Positions 42,852 through 53,090 are shown, counted from the stretch's first letter. The stretch: DNA of 64,000 bases from Waterburya sp. (GCA_965217895.1 CBDCJV010000002.1:5088001-5152000), one strand, 5' to 3'. A program made the numbers and translations. Notes: a model not told the origin generated them from the letters alone.

Positions 42852-43461
42852 GTTTTGCTCCAGTTTTACGTATTCTGAGTTCCTTTTGGCAATTACGCCT
42901 CATCCTACCCGTCGTCTGGTTTTCCGCTACTCGTCTAGCCTATCTGGGTTTCGACTACACCCAGAACCAGATATCGACGTTTTTATTCGTTCCGTCTGTG
43001 AGATTGACGGTGGGGGACGCGGAGGCTTCCTCCGTTTGTCCAACCACAGTGTTGACTGACATTTTAGGGCGGTTCAATTTGCCTACATACCATCTCGGAG
43101 AAGCAGCTATCTGGGGGATAATACTGCGAGAATAATCGGTAGTGAAGTCCATATTGTTTTGTTCAGATTATGGCTTAAAAATAAGACATTTTTCTAGAAC
43201 CTGTTTACCCATGATGTTTCCCTATTAGCGGTAGTGTGCCTATCTGATTTGGCTCTAATTCCGCCCTGTTCCCAGCTTCAGCCTCCCGAATTCCGAGTCG
43301 GGTCACTGTGGGCAGATGAGGAGTCACTAATCTCCGTAGCGGTGGGAGTTGAACCCACATCCCACGAGACAGTTCAAGGTACTTACGGTTTTCTCCCCGT
43401 CATTCCTTGGATACTTTATACTCTCTGTTCCCCAGAGGATTCGGGTATCAACGAATCGCAC
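42228..43461 (-). mobile_element. Group II intron, 5' half only
   Basis: 5' boundary GTGCGATTCG at 43461 (minus strand), ~610 nt of GC-richer structured leader, then the RT ORF; no domain V/VI found. Confidence 0.85.
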
Positions 43462-43581
43462 CTCCCACTTTTTTTCGCTCTCGATCATCATCCCTTTTTT
43501 ACTGGTGTTTGTCCAGTTTGCAGATATGAGTTTAATCGAGGCAATTGCTTATTGTAAGCAGAAGCGGATATTTTTGGCAGA

Positions 43582-44241
43582 TTAATCTGAGCCGAAAATG
43601 GAAGTTTTTGCTTTTGATCGAGAGCGCAATCCTAAAGCTAAAAAAGCAACTAGTTTAGATACTGTAGCTTGAATGCTTAGGGGTGAATTATTCTGAATTA
43701 AAGCGTTGGGTTTATTTGCCTCTGTTAATACACGAAGTAACGTAGCAATTACTAAATCCAACTTCCAAGTAAGTTCGGTACGAGAGAAATTAGGAAGCGA
43801 TCGCCCAAATGCATCTAAATAAGCTGTTTTACTACCCTGAAATTCTTGCTCGGCAATTTTCCCAATCGGATCGGGTTCAACACGGCAACGTCCCATAAAT
43901 CGTGCGCAATAGATACTGCGGTCGCCACTATTGAGAACTACTTCTAAAGGGGGAGTGATAAACGCCTCTAAAACAGCTTCAATACTGGGAGTATTACCCT
44001 TCGCTTCACATTGTGCTAAACGCTTCAATTGACCACTAACTACTGGTTTGGCAATTCTAGCCGTAACTGCACGAAATAATTCTTCCTTAGAACCAAAGTG
44101 GTAATGAACCGCAGATAGGTTAACATCAGCTTCGCGAATTACGCTTCGTAATGAAGTTCCTGCAAAACCATTTTCGGCAAACAAATGTTCGGCGACATTA
44201 AGGATCTGCTCTTTGGTATCAACGGAAATAGAAGTAGTCAT
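43582..44241 (-). CDS. TetR/AcrR-family transcriptional regulator
   Basis: TKEQIL..AEHLFAENGF..TSLR..VHYHFGSKEEL HTH; divergent from the RND operon. Confidence 0.93.
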   Translation of the reverse strand: MTTSISVDTKEQILNVAEHLFAENGFAGTSLRSVIREADVNLSAVHYHFGSKEELFRAVTARIAKPVVSGQLKRLAQCEAKGNTPSIEAVLEAFITPPLEVVLNSGDRSIYCARFMGRCRVEPDPIGKIAEQEFQGSKTAYLDAFGRSLPNFSRTELTWKLDLVIATLLRVLTEANKPNALIQNNSPLSIQATVSKLVAFLALGLRSRSKAKTSIFGSD

Positions 44242-44242
44242 A

Positions 44243-44478
44243 TTAAAACAAACGTAAGAACTATATTTATACTATATTCTCTTGAAATAAATGTCTATAT
44301 GTTACTTCTGATTGAGCTTGTAAACCAGATAACCTAAAAACTAACCTTGTCAAAATTTAAATCGTTTGTTTTAATGAAGTTAAATACAGATTTAAATAAT
44401 TACTTGGCAAGCAAAGCCAAGCTTTACTCCAATAAATGTACTCGGCTCTTAATAATTAGAATAAAACGTTCGTTTGAT
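44243..44478. promoter_or_regulatory. Candidate TetR operators (three 18-bp imperfect palindromes)
   Basis: ttaaaacaaacgtaagaa 44243-44260, ttaaatcgtttgttttaa 44357-44374, ataaaacgttcgtttgat 44461-44478. Confidence 0.55.
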
Positions 44479-44500
44479 TTAACCAACTCGACAAAACATC

Positions 44501-45895
44501 ATGACTTCCAATCCGATCGCCAAGACAGACTCCAAATCCCAAGCTTCGTCAGAGTTTTTAGAACAGCCTCGTAAGAAACTGGGTAAATACTTTTACTGGC
44601 TGTTGGGGATTGGGGGAGCGGGATTAATATTGCTAATTGCTCGTCCGATAGTAATTTCAACTCAAAACAGTTCGACGAAGACTGAAACAGCGAGTAAGGG
44701 TAGGGCTTTACCCATAGAAACAATTGAAGTTCAGCCAGTAAATTCCTATCAAGTGTCGCGCACCTATACAGGCGAGATTGCTGCGGTGAGAACCAGCAAT
44801 TTAGGATTCTCTCGTGGTGGGGAGATAGAGCAGGTTTTAGTTAGAGAAGGCGATCGCATTACTCAAGGGCAACCATTAGCCAGATTGGATATTCGTAACC
44901 TAGAAACTCAGCGTCAGCAGCTTGTGGCAGAGAAAGCTCGCGCCCAAGCACAACTATCTGAGTTGCAAACAGGAGCGCGAATTGAGGATATTAATGCAGC
45001 GTCAGCAGCGGTACAAGATATGGAGCAGCAGCTAAAGCTGCAAGAAAAGCAAAGAGAAAGAAGAGAGTTTTTATACACCCAGGGGGCAATTTCCAAAGAA
45101 GAACTAGACGAATATTCCTATGGCGAAGGAGCATTACAGGCGCGGTTAAATCAGTCTCGCAGTAACTTAGCAGAACTAGAAAATGGTACTCGCCCCGAAC
45201 AGATCGCAGCACAGCAGGCAATGGTACAGCAGCTTGAAGCTCAGATCGCCGACATTGATGTAAATATCGATAAAAGTACTCTTAAAGCACCCTTTACAGG
45301 AATTGTGGCACAACGGGAACTAGATGAAGGAACGGTGGCAAATGCAGGACAGTCTGTGATTCGGCTGATGGAAAGTGCTGCGCCCGAAGCGCGGGTAGGA
45401 ATGCCAGCTAAAGCAGTAGAAAAATTACAAATCGGCAGTTCGCAAACTTTAAAGCTTGGTTCGCAGACATATAAAGCGAAGGTGGCATCTGTTTTGCCAG
45501 AAGTAAATTTGAACACCCGCACTCAGGTAGTTGTATTTAACTTAGATCCTTCTGCCATAACTCAGATAAATCCTGGTCAAACCGTCAGATTGGAATTGGT
45601 AGAAAACATTGATACAGAAGGTTATTGGCTACCAACAGAATCTCTATCTAAAGGTATTCGCGGTTTATGGACGTGCTACGTCTTAACCAAACCAGAAGGT
45701 GAACAAGAATATCGGGTTCAACAACAGTCGGTAGAAATAATTCATCAAAAGAGCGAACGTGCTTTAGTTAGAGGCACTTTAGAATTGGGGGACAAGATTG
45801 TGGCAAATGGTACACATCGTCTAGTGCCAGGACAGCGGGTGGAAGTAATAAGTAATAAGGGCGTTGCTGATTTGAAGTATGAAACTGCTAAGTAA
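44501..45895 (+). CDS. RND efflux periplasmic adaptor (membrane fusion protein)
   Basis: N-terminal TM, V.EGD.I..GQPLARLD, coiled coil, LKAPFTGIV. Confidence 0.93.
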   Translation: MTSNPIAKTDSKSQASSEFLEQPRKKLGKYFYWLLGIGGAGLILLIARPIVISTQNSSTKTETASKGRALPIETIEVQPVNSYQVSRTYTGEIAAVRTSNLGFSRGGEIEQVLVREGDRITQGQPLARLDIRNLETQRQQLVAEKARAQAQLSELQTGARIEDINAASAAVQDMEQQLKLQEKQRERREFLYTQGAISKEELDEYSYGEGALQARLNQSRSNLAELENGTRPEQIAAQQAMVQQLEAQIADIDVNIDKSTLKAPFTGIVAQRELDEGTVANAGQSVIRLMESAAPEARVGMPAKAVEKLQIGSSQTLKLGSQTYKAKVASVLPEVNLNTRTQVVVFNLDPSAITQINPGQTVRLELVENIDTEGYWLPTESLSKGIRGLWTCYVLTKPEGEQEYRVQQQSVEIIHQKSERALVRGTLELGDKIVANGTHRLVPGQRVEVISNKGVADLKYETAK

Positions 45896-45974
45896 TCTGT
45901 TCGTAGCTATCAGTTTTTTAAATACTCGTTATCAAGTCAAAATTTTGAAAATCATACCTTGATTCAGCAACGCC
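45860..45974. mobile_element. MITE (115 bp), GGCGTTGCTGA family
   Basis: IRs ggcgttgctgatttgaagtatga / tcataccttgattcagcaacgcc; GTAATAAG on both flanks; supplies the last 11 codons and stop of the adaptor gene. Confidence 0.85.
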
Positions 45975-46020
45975 GTAATAAGTAATAAGTTTAATATTTC
46001 CCAATCCCCAATCCCTAATC

Positions 46021-49000
46021 ATGGTTAAACCGTTTTATCGCAACATCCGTTTATTAATCCTCACCTTTATCCTCATAATTGCCTGGGGAATGGTGTCCTT
46101 TGAATCTTTGCCTCGACAAGAAGATCCCGAATTAATTTCGCGCATTGCCGTAGTTAAGACTGCTTTCCCTGGTGCTAGTGCTGAGAGAGTAGAAGCACTG
46201 GTGACAGAAGTTTTAGAAGGTGAGATCGCCGAAATTGAAGAAATTAAAACGTTGCAATCCGATTCGCGGGTAGGGTTTTCCACCGTAACGGTTGAGTTAG
46301 TCGATTCAGTAGAAGATGCTCAACCGATTTGGTCTAAGGTACGAGATGACATGGATGATGCCTATGCTTCCTTTCCTCCTGGCGCGGGTGTTCCCGAATT
46401 AGAAGAATCCAAAATTAAGGCATATACGGCGATCGCATCTTTGACCTGGAACAAACCGAGTAAGCCTAATTATCCCGTGTTACGACGCTACGCAGAACAG
46501 CTAGAAATAGCAATGCGCGGTGTGGAAGGCACGGAGGAAGTAGAAATCTTTGGCGATCCGAATGAAGAAATTACCGTAGAAATTAATGCTCCAGATTTAG
46601 TGGCAGTCGGACTTTCACCCCAAGAGTTAGCCGAACAGATAAATCTTAGCGATGCTAAAGTATTGGCTGGTCAATATCGCAGCGATCGCTCTAATATTGC
46701 CATTGAGGTAGATAGCGAACTGGAAACTATTGAGAGAATTCGTCAGATCCCAATTCAAAATAATAGCGGACAGTTTACTCGTTTAAGCGATATTGCCACA
46801 GTTAATCGTGGCGTTCGAGAACCACCTACGGATTTAGCTTTAGTTAGCGGTAAACCTGCGGTAGTTGTCGGGGTGCTGATGAAGTCGGGGTTGAGAATTG
46901 ATAAGTGGGCAAAGGAAGTTAAGGCAGAAATAGCTAACTTTGAAGCTAGTTTACCCCAAGGAGTTAGTTTAGATCTTATCTTCGACCAAAGTAAGTATGT
47001 TGAAGATCGCATCGGTACTTTGCTTTCCAATTTATTCGTTGGTGCGCTGCTGGTAGTGGGTGTCAGTTTGGTTTCGATGGGTTGGCGTTCGGCTTTAGTT
47101 GTGGGTATAGCTTTGCCCTTAACTACCTTAATGGTTTTTGGCTGGATGACTCTATTAGATGTTCCCATTCATCAGATGTCCGTAACGGGCTTGATTATTG
47201 CCTTGGGATTACTGATTGATAATGCCATTGTGGTGGTGGATGAAATTAAGATCGAGATGAAAGAGGGAGAAGAACCTCTCCAGGCTGTAGTAAAAACAGC
47301 AAATTATCTCAAAGTACCCCTATTTGCTTCTACCTTAACTACGATTCTGACTTTTCTCCCTATTGTTTTACTTCCTGGGGCTGCGGGTGAATTTGTCGGC
47401 TCGATCGCCTTAAGCGTAATTATGGCGTTAATTACATCTCTGGCACTTTCGCTAACGGTAATTGCCTCCTTAGCAGCGCGAATGCTAGGGAACACTAGCA
47501 ACAAAGCCGAAGAGTTAGAGCATCAGGATACTCAACCCAAAAGTATTCCCCAGAAAATTCAAAGCTTTCTTCTTAAGCCTGGGGCATGGTGGAATGAAGG
47601 GTTTACCTCTCCTAAACTAGCTCGTCCATATCGTAAATCCTTAAAATTTGCTGCCTCCAAACCATTAATGGCGATCGCCTTAACTTTCTGTATCCCTTTA
47701 ATCGGCTTTATTGGTGCAAAGACTTTAGAAAATCAATTTTTTCCTTCCGTATCCCGCGATCAGTTTCAAATTGAGGTGGAATTTGCTTCTTCAACTGCGA
47801 TCGCCGAAACTAAATCTAAGATGCTTCAGGCTAGAGATGTCATCTTAGCTAATCCCAATGTCAGAGATGTCCACTGGTTTATGGGAGAAAGTGCGCCCAA
47901 GTTTTACTACAACTTCACTGGCAACCGACAAAACCAGTCCAATTATGCTCAGGCAATGGTGCAGTTAAATACCGACCGAGAAGTTGCAGCCATCGTCCAA
48001 GAGGTACAAGACGAATTAGATACCAAATTTCCCTCTGCCCGTATCTTAGTAAGACAGCTACAGCAAGGACCTCCTTATGATGCCCCTGTAGAGATGCGAA
48101 TCTTTGGTCCAAATTTAGAGGAATTAAGACGCTTGGGCATAAAGGCAAGAGGTATTTTAGCTGGCGTTCCCGATGTGATTCACGTCCGCGACGATTTAAC
48201 CGAATCATTACCCAAATTAGGACTATCTGTAGACGAAGAACAGGCAAGACAGGCTGGTTTAACTAATACAGCGATCGCGAACCAGCTAGAGGCATATTTA
48301 GAAGGTGCGATTGGCGGTTCGATCTTAGAAGCGACGGAAAACCTCCCAGTACGAGTTAGGGTAAGCAATACAGACCGTGCGGATTTAAGTCAGATTGCCT
48401 CTTTGAACTTAAGTGGTAGTAATAGAGAAAACGGCGGTTTTCGTTCTACCTCGGCTTTGGGAGAATTCAATCTTATACCCCAACTATCTAATATTTCCCG
48501 TTATGACGAACAAAGAGTTAATACCGTCCAGGGATATATTACCGCAGGAGTCTTACCTGCCGTAGTCCTGACTAACTTTCAAGAACAGTTAGAAGCAAAG
48601 GGTTTTGAACTACCCCCAGGCTATCGTTATGAGTTTGGCGGAGAACAGGAAGAAAGTAGTAAAGCCAGAGGAAATTTGGCACAGTATGTACCTCTTTTAT
48701 TAGTAGTCATGATAACAGCCTTGGTACTATCTCTCGGTTCTTTTCGTCAGGCAGCAATTGTCGGCGGTGTTGCTATCGGCTGTATTGGTACGGCATTATT
48801 TTCCCTTAAAGTAGCAGGTTCGCCCTTGGGCTTTATGGCAGTTGTCGGCACGATGGGTTTGGTGGGAATTGCCATTAACGATACGATCGTAGTTCTTTCG
48901 GCTTTGAATGAACATCCCCAAGCTAGAAAAGGCGATCGCCAAGCAGTTGAAGATGTAGTAGTCAAAGCCACCCGTCACGTTATCACCACTACCGTTACTA

Positions 49001-49206
49001 CCATCGCGGGCTTTATTCCCCTGTTAATTAGCGGCGGCCCTTTTTGGCGACCTTTGGCAATTGCGATCGCAGGAGGTATCAGCGGTTCTTCTATACTCGC
49101 TCTCTATTTTGTCCCTGCTGTTTATTTAATGATTAAACGTAAGTCAAACAAAGAGCGTAAATCAAAGCCACAACAACCAGTATATAAGGAAGTTCCTCAA
49201 AGCTAA
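46021..49206 (+). CDS. RND efflux permease (AcrB/AcrD/AcrF family)
   Basis: LPRQEDP, FPGASAERVE, GLLIDNAIVV, two periplasmic lobes, 1061 aa. Confidence 0.95.
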   Translation: MVKPFYRNIRLLILTFILIIAWGMVSFESLPRQEDPELISRIAVVKTAFPGASAERVEALVTEVLEGEIAEIEEIKTLQSDSRVGFSTVTVELVDSVEDAQPIWSKVRDDMDDAYASFPPGAGVPELEESKIKAYTAIASLTWNKPSKPNYPVLRRYAEQLEIAMRGVEGTEEVEIFGDPNEEITVEINAPDLVAVGLSPQELAEQINLSDAKVLAGQYRSDRSNIAIEVDSELETIERIRQIPIQNNSGQFTRLSDIATVNRGVREPPTDLALVSGKPAVVVGVLMKSGLRIDKWAKEVKAEIANFEASLPQGVSLDLIFDQSKYVEDRIGTLLSNLFVGALLVVGVSLVSMGWRSALVVGIALPLTTLMVFGWMTLLDVPIHQMSVTGLIIALGLLIDNAIVVVDEIKIEMKEGEEPLQAVVKTANYLKVPLFASTLTTILTFLPIVLLPGAAGEFVGSIALSVIMALITSLALSLTVIASLAARMLGNTSNKAEELEHQDTQPKSIPQKIQSFLLKPGAWWNEGFTSPKLARPYRKSLKFAASKPLMAIALTFCIPLIGFIGAKTLENQFFPSVSRDQFQIEVEFASSTAIAETKSKMLQARDVILANPNVRDVHWFMGESAPKFYYNFTGNRQNQSNYAQAMVQLNTDREVAAIVQEVQDELDTKFPSARILVRQLQQGPPYDAPVEMRIFGPNLEELRRLGIKARGILAGVPDVIHVRDDLTESLPKLGLSVDEEQARQAGLTNTAIANQLEAYLEGAIGGSILEATENLPVRVRVSNTDRADLSQIASLNLSGSNRENGGFRSTSALGEFNLIPQLSNISRYDEQRVNTVQGYITAGVLPAVVLTNFQEQLEAKGFELPPGYRYEFGGEQEESSKARGNLAQYVPLLLVVMITALVLSLGSFRQAAIVGGVAIGCIGTALFSLKVAGSPLGFMAVVGTMGLVGIAINDTIVVLSALNEHPQARKGDRQAVEDVVVKATRHVITTTVTTIAGFIPLLISGGPFWRPLAIAIAGGISGSSILALYFVPAVYLMIKRKSNKERKSKPQQPVYKEVPQS

Positions 49207-49295
49207 TTACTGTTATTTACTTTAAGTATTAAACCAGATAATACTTACTTTCAGAATCAACTGTGAACTTTAATCTCTTTTTTTCTTTCGCTTAA

Positions 49296-49313
49296 TTCAA
49301 ACGTCCGTATAAA
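49296..49313. promoter_or_regulatory. Candidate TetR operator upstream of the Grx-AhpD gene
   Basis: ttcaaacgtccgtataaa resembles the three sites at 44243-44478. Confidence 0.45.
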
Positions 49314-49381
49314 CGCGATCCACCAAATGTGTAAAAACTCAACTCAAAACCGTAAATCAATTATTAAATAGGAAACAAACC

Positions 49382-51016
49382 ATGACTCAATCAACAGTAA
49401 CTATATTTAGCAAACCAAACTGTCAATACTGCGCTCGCGCGAAAGCAGTCTTAAAACGCGCCGAGATAGATTATCAAGAATACGATGTCATTACCAGCCA
49501 ACGTAATGCCGATGCTTCGGTTTACTTTAGTGGTGTCGTCACCGTACCGCAGATCTTTATTGGTGACTATCACATCAACGGTGCAGAAGACTTAGAGAAA
49601 TTAGAAGCAGCCCGAAGACTAAATAAGCTATTAGAAATAGGTAAAGGGAATTTAGCCCTAGATACTCTTAGTGATGAAGAACTACATCAGGGTGCCAAAG
49701 ATTTCGCCCTGCGGGAATACATTCCTCAGAGTGACGGTAGTAGAGATAAGGATGATGAAAGTCTACCGATCCTGCACTTTTATAAAGAGTTTTTTGGTTT
49801 TTGGCCCAATACTTTTGCTTACCTGCATCACTGGAAAGAGGCATACAAGCTTTTTGTCTACTGTCATAACTTTTCCGCCGTTGCCTATGGTAAGCAGTTT
49901 CTTAGTATGAAGCTGATGAGTGCCATTGGCTATTCCACTTCTAATGCTCATGGCTGTTCCTATTGTCAGGTACATAGTGCAGCAACGGGAGGCGAACAGT
50001 CTGTTAATGTTGTCGAACAGTTAAAAGAGGCGCGTCAGGGAAAAGATAGCTCGTTTGATGAGTCAGACCTTGCCCTTGCGGATTTAGCAGCAGCAGCCAG
50101 TAAAAACCAAGTCGATAAAGCTTTATGCGATCGCGTAGCGTACCCGAAGGGTAATCGCCTGAAAAGCTCAAACGCAGACAAGCAGAGTATTGAGGGTACA
50201 ACAATGATTACCTCTGCCTTTGGTTTTCTTAATGTATTTAACGATCTAACTGGACTAGAGATAGAAGGGGACTGGGCGCATCAGGCACAAGAAAAAGCAG
50301 GTATTGAAGCGGGAAGACATGGTTCAGAAGATACCAATCCAGCCAATCTTGACTATGAAATACCACAGGGTAATCTATCCATTCAGGATATGCTGGCAAA
50401 ATACGACCGAGAAATAGGCGACTTTCAAACCTATGCTCAAAGAGAATTTGGCTTATTACCAGCCTGGATGCAAAACTGGCCTAAACCATTACAAAAGCGT
50501 CATATTTATCTATATGGCGAACTGATGGGCGATGGTGAAGATACCTTAATCTCTGCCGAACTCAAACATTTGATGGCAAGGGTTAGTGCGATCGCCAAAG
50601 GTCACGATTATCTGGCAGCAGTAGAAGGATACATGGCGTATCATACGGCTACTAATAAGGAAGGGGCGATTGAGCGCATTCGTCAGTGTTTTATTGCAGC
50701 AACCAATAGAGGCGATACCAGCAGTATATTTAGTGAAAAAGAACAAGCAGCACTACAACTAGCTTGGCTATCGGCTCAAGTTCCTTTAACTACACCCTAT
50801 CGATTTGTTCAAAGCGCGAGCGCACTCTATCAGCCTCAAGAATTAATTCATCTAATCGTAGTTTGCTCTATTGCTTCGATGGTGCAAAGGTTTGTGGCAA
50901 TAGATCGCCCAGAAATGGAAGCAGAAGTCAGTCAGTTTTATAATCAGCATCCTATAGAAACTGATGCTTTAAAACTACGCTATCCACTACCGTTACAACC
51001 TCAAGCAATTCATTAA
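49382..51016 (+). CDS. Glutaredoxin fused to tandem AhpD/CMD-like domains
   Basis: CQYC, TVPQIFIG and INGAEDL (Grx); HGCSYCQVH (AhpD-like); second degenerate repeat KGHDYLAAVE. Confidence 0.78.
   Translation: MTQSTVTIFSKPNCQYCARAKAVLKRAEIDYQEYDVITSQRNADASVYFSGVVTVPQIFIGDYHINGAEDLEKLEAARRLNKLLEIGKGNLALDTLSDEELHQGAKDFALREYIPQSDGSRDKDDESLPILHFYKEFFGFWPNTFAYLHHWKEAYKLFVYCHNFSAVAYGKQFLSMKLMSAIGYSTSNAHGCSYCQVHSAATGGEQSVNVVEQLKEARQGKDSSFDESDLALADLAAAASKNQVDKALCDRVAYPKGNRLKSSNADKQSIEGTTMITSAFGFLNVFNDLTGLEIEGDWAHQAQEKAGIEAGRHGSEDTNPANLDYEIPQGNLSIQDMLAKYDREIGDFQTYAQREFGLLPAWMQNWPKPLQKRHIYLYGELMGDGEDTLISAELKHLMARVSAIAKGHDYLAAVEGYMAYHTATNKEGAIERIRQCFIAATNRGDTSSIFSEKEQAALQLAWLSAQVPLTTPYRFVQSASALYQPQELIHLIVVCSIASMVQRFVAIDRPEMEAEVSQFYNQHPIETDALKLRYPLPLQPQAIH
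50127..50158. repeat. Small element inserted into a HIP1 site (in frame)
   Basis: GCGATC-[GCGTAGCGTACCCGAAGGGTA]-ATCGC: 21-nt core plus duplicated ATC, adding VAYPKGNR. Confidence 0.75.
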
Positions 51017-51231
51017 CTAAATCTAGTAAGGGTACAGGTAAAACTTCCTCTCTAGCAATTGACAATTATTCAATAACAGATTGATGAAATTTCTACTATG
51101 GCAATATCTCAAGCAACTACTTTTAGATACAAATTATCCGATCGTCGATCCCATCTCATTATTTATAGCGATCGCATTTGTTCGCTATAAATAAACCAAA
51201 TTTTTTAACTTAATCCAAAAGGAGACTAAAT

Positions 51232-52884
51232 ATGTTACACAATACGGATGTATTAATCGTCGGAGCGGGACCTACAGGCTTAACTACCGCTATCGAATTA
51301 GCCCGTCGCAATATTAACGTCAGAATTATCGAGCGTCGTACTGAACCTTCTACCCGCAGTAAAGCTTTAGTCGTTCATGCCCGAACTCTAGAGTTTATGG
51401 ATATTTTGGGTATTGCCGATGAGATGGTGTGTCGCGGTTATACTTCCCCTGGCATTGATTTTAGTTCCAATGCCAAAAAACCTTTACGAGCAAATATGTA
51501 TGGATTAGATACACGGTTTCCCTTTATTTTGATATTACCTCAAGCTGAAACTGAAGCTATATTAGAACGTCGTCTTAACGATTTTGGTATTGAAGTCGAA
51601 CGCGGGCATAGTTTGACTGATTTTAAGGAAACTGAGGAGGGAGTAACTAGTACAGTTGAACGTATACAAGATGAAAAGTTTGATATTAAATCTCAATATC
51701 TTGTTGGTGCAGATGGTGCAAAAAGCGTAGTGCGAAAAACTTTGGAATTACCCTTTGAAGGTTCTTCTTACGACTGGACGGCTTTTCTGGGCGACGTTCA
51801 GCTAAAAGGTCATCATGCCGAAGGAGGAACAGAACAACATTCAAATAATCGCGGTTTGGCGTTTATTGTCCCCTTTGATGATGGTTCTCACCGTATTGTA
51901 ACTATCGACCGCAACTATCAGGGTGAAGATGATACCCGCGAACTTAAGTTGTCAGAGTTACAGGAATCTATTAGTGCCATTTTAGAAAAGCCCGTAGAAC
52001 TAAGCGAACCCAAATGGTTATCACGCTGGGGTGCATCTTTGCGTCTTGCGCCGACCTATCGTATTAGTAGAGCATTCATGGGCGGTGATGCGGTTCATAC
52101 CCATTCACCAGCAGGAGGACAGGGTTTAAATACTGGCATGCAGGATGCTTTTAATCTGGGCTGGAAATTAGCTTTAGCCGTTGAAGGGACTGCACCAAAG
52201 ACTATTCTAAATACCTACAATGATGAACGTCATGCAATTGGCGAAAAGGTATTACGCACCAGTGACTTTCTCTTAAAAAGCTTGTTATTACGTCAACCCA
52301 TCTTGAGACAGTTACGCACCATTCTATTTCAGCTATTGATTCCTTTACCACCCGTACAGCGCAATCTGGCTCTTAATCTGTCAGGTTTGGGAATCAGCTA
52401 CGAAACGGGAACAGGAGATCTTGCGGGTAAACGTATACCCGACATGGAGTTAATGACCGCCGAACACGAATTAGTTCGGCTTTATAACCTTCTGAGTTTT
52501 CCTGGCTATACCATGTTGCTGTTTATCGATCCCGACCAAGTACAACAGTCACGAGATAAAATCGACCACCTAATCGAATATGCCGATAACAGGTTACAGC
52601 CTCAAATCGTATTAAACAATGGTTTGCCTGAGTTACACGACTTTCAAGCTAATACTTTAGTAGATTATCGTGGCGACTTAGAAACCAAAATAGGTAGCGA
52701 AACTGGTCGTATTATTCTAATCCGCCCTGATGGTTATGTCGCCTGTGATTTATCTACCCTCGATCCTGACGTCTTTGCTCGACAGCTAGTAAGTTGGAAA
52801 AGACAGAACGTCGCTTTGTCTCCAGAATTAGTTACTCGGTCAAAGCTTCTAACCCATCATTCATTGAGTTCCAATCTGAAATAA
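51232..52884 (+). CDS. FAD-dependent monooxygenase (group A aromatic hydroxylase type)
   Basis: GAGPTG, GADGAKS, GDAVHTHSPAGGQGLNTG and C-terminal IRPDGYV. Confidence 0.93.
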   Translation: MLHNTDVLIVGAGPTGLTTAIELARRNINVRIIERRTEPSTRSKALVVHARTLEFMDILGIADEMVCRGYTSPGIDFSSNAKKPLRANMYGLDTRFPFILILPQAETEAILERRLNDFGIEVERGHSLTDFKETEEGVTSTVERIQDEKFDIKSQYLVGADGAKSVVRKTLELPFEGSSYDWTAFLGDVQLKGHHAEGGTEQHSNNRGLAFIVPFDDGSHRIVTIDRNYQGEDDTRELKLSELQESISAILEKPVELSEPKWLSRWGASLRLAPTYRISRAFMGGDAVHTHSPAGGQGLNTGMQDAFNLGWKLALAVEGTAPKTILNTYNDERHAIGEKVLRTSDFLLKSLLLRQPILRQLRTILFQLLIPLPPVQRNLALNLSGLGISYETGTGDLAGKRIPDMELMTAEHELVRLYNLLSFPGYTMLLFIDPDQVQQSRDKIDHLIEYADNRLQPQIVLNNGLPELHDFQANTLVDYRGDLETKIGSETGRIILIRPDGYVACDLSTLDPDVFARQLVSWKRQNVALSPELVTRSKLLTHHSLSSNLK

Positions 52885-53090
52885 ATGAGAATATTTGAGT
52901 TAGCATTATTGTCCAAGAAGCAGAAAACTTTTTTCAGTATAAAGATACGATAGTAAAAGCGATCGCCGAGATCGCTCAACGGGAAATAGCCCATCTCGAT
53001 CTAGAGAATCGACTTGAAGGAATTAGGCTAGGGGTTTTGTCACAAACCACTAGCCAAGAATTTATACAGCAAAATTATCCAGAGATAGAC

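Noticed and set aside
43335..43365. tRNA-like T-arm (GTGGGTTCAACTCCCAC on the minus strand)
   Set aside because: No acceptor, D or anticodon arms; it lies inside group II intron domain I
42751..43557. Short ORFs 42751-43059, 42955-43152 and 43234-43557
   Set aside because: They overlap structured intron RNA and show no protein-like motifs
46035..48978. Antisense ORFs over the RND permease, and similar shadows over other long genes
   Set aside because: Opposite-strand shadows of well-supported CDSs
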